NCBI RefSeq assembly: GCF_964204645.1
Contig: NC_134033.1
Coordinates: 10,300,655 to 10,364,654 of the forward strand
Length of the DNA stretch: 64,000 bases
Reading direction: 5' to 3'
From: Tubulanus polymorphus
Taxonomy: Eukaryota > Animalia > Nemertea
Positions 63,641 through 64,000 of this stretch are shown in pieces. The notes beneath the pieces were generated by a model, which saw only the letters and a program-made list of their open reading frames with translations, had not been told where the DNA came from and did not search any database. Positions within the stretch are counted from its first letter, which is position 1. Each line of letters starts with the position of its first letter. The position numbers and the translations under genes are program-made.

Positions 63641-64000
63641 CCATCTTTTTTAGTATATTTTGCATGTGGATTGTAGAATTTTTAGAATGTCAAGATTGCA
63701 TAGAGTTCGAATTCAAAATATTTTCACGGATTTTATTCAGTAGGTTGCAGTTAAGAATAGAATGTAATTCATCGCTTAAAAGATTACAAGCGGAAAAGCG
63801 TCTATCATTTCTATCTAACTGAAGGTTTGATAATTCATTTACAGGCAAAGGATGAGACCCAATTCTAAATTCGAAAAAACCTGCGTAGTTCTTAATCCTC
63901 GTCGAGTTCACTAATATGCCTTTCTAATTTGATATCATTTTTGCATTGCCTATAATGTATATCGCGCGGATTAGCAGCAATCGTGGAAACGGTATTTTTT

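Overview
AT-rich, intron-rich eukaryotic genomic DNA from a metazoan, probably a marine invertebrate; it is not prokaryotic. I assembled six spliced protein-coding genes by hand. (1) An ankyrin-repeat/SOCS-box (ASB-like) gene, + 483-7433. (2) An uncharacterised low-complexity gene with a C-terminal KSVTW PP1-docking-type motif, - ~16741-23663, head-to-head with (3) FIS1, + 24270-26578, which has two tandem, intact alternative last exons encoding different tail anchors. (4) MIPEP, - 27616-35518. (5) RAD50, - 36198-51112, carrying a young CR1/L2-group LINE with an intact 974-aa ORF2 in an intron. (6) An 8-exon, 691-aa secreted protein, - 58702-63012, with the architecture signal peptide / F-type-lectin-like / PAN / PAN / helical region resembling Cry delta-endotoxin domain I / Cys-rich tail. 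Gene 6 is a candidate glycan-targeted pore-forming toxin and the most interesting item. Introns and intergenic DNA are dense with minisatellites, nested MITEs, MULE and RTE remnants, and short Penelope-like inserts with minimal hammerhead ribozyme motifs. Domain and family calls come from motif recognition by eye, not database searches.
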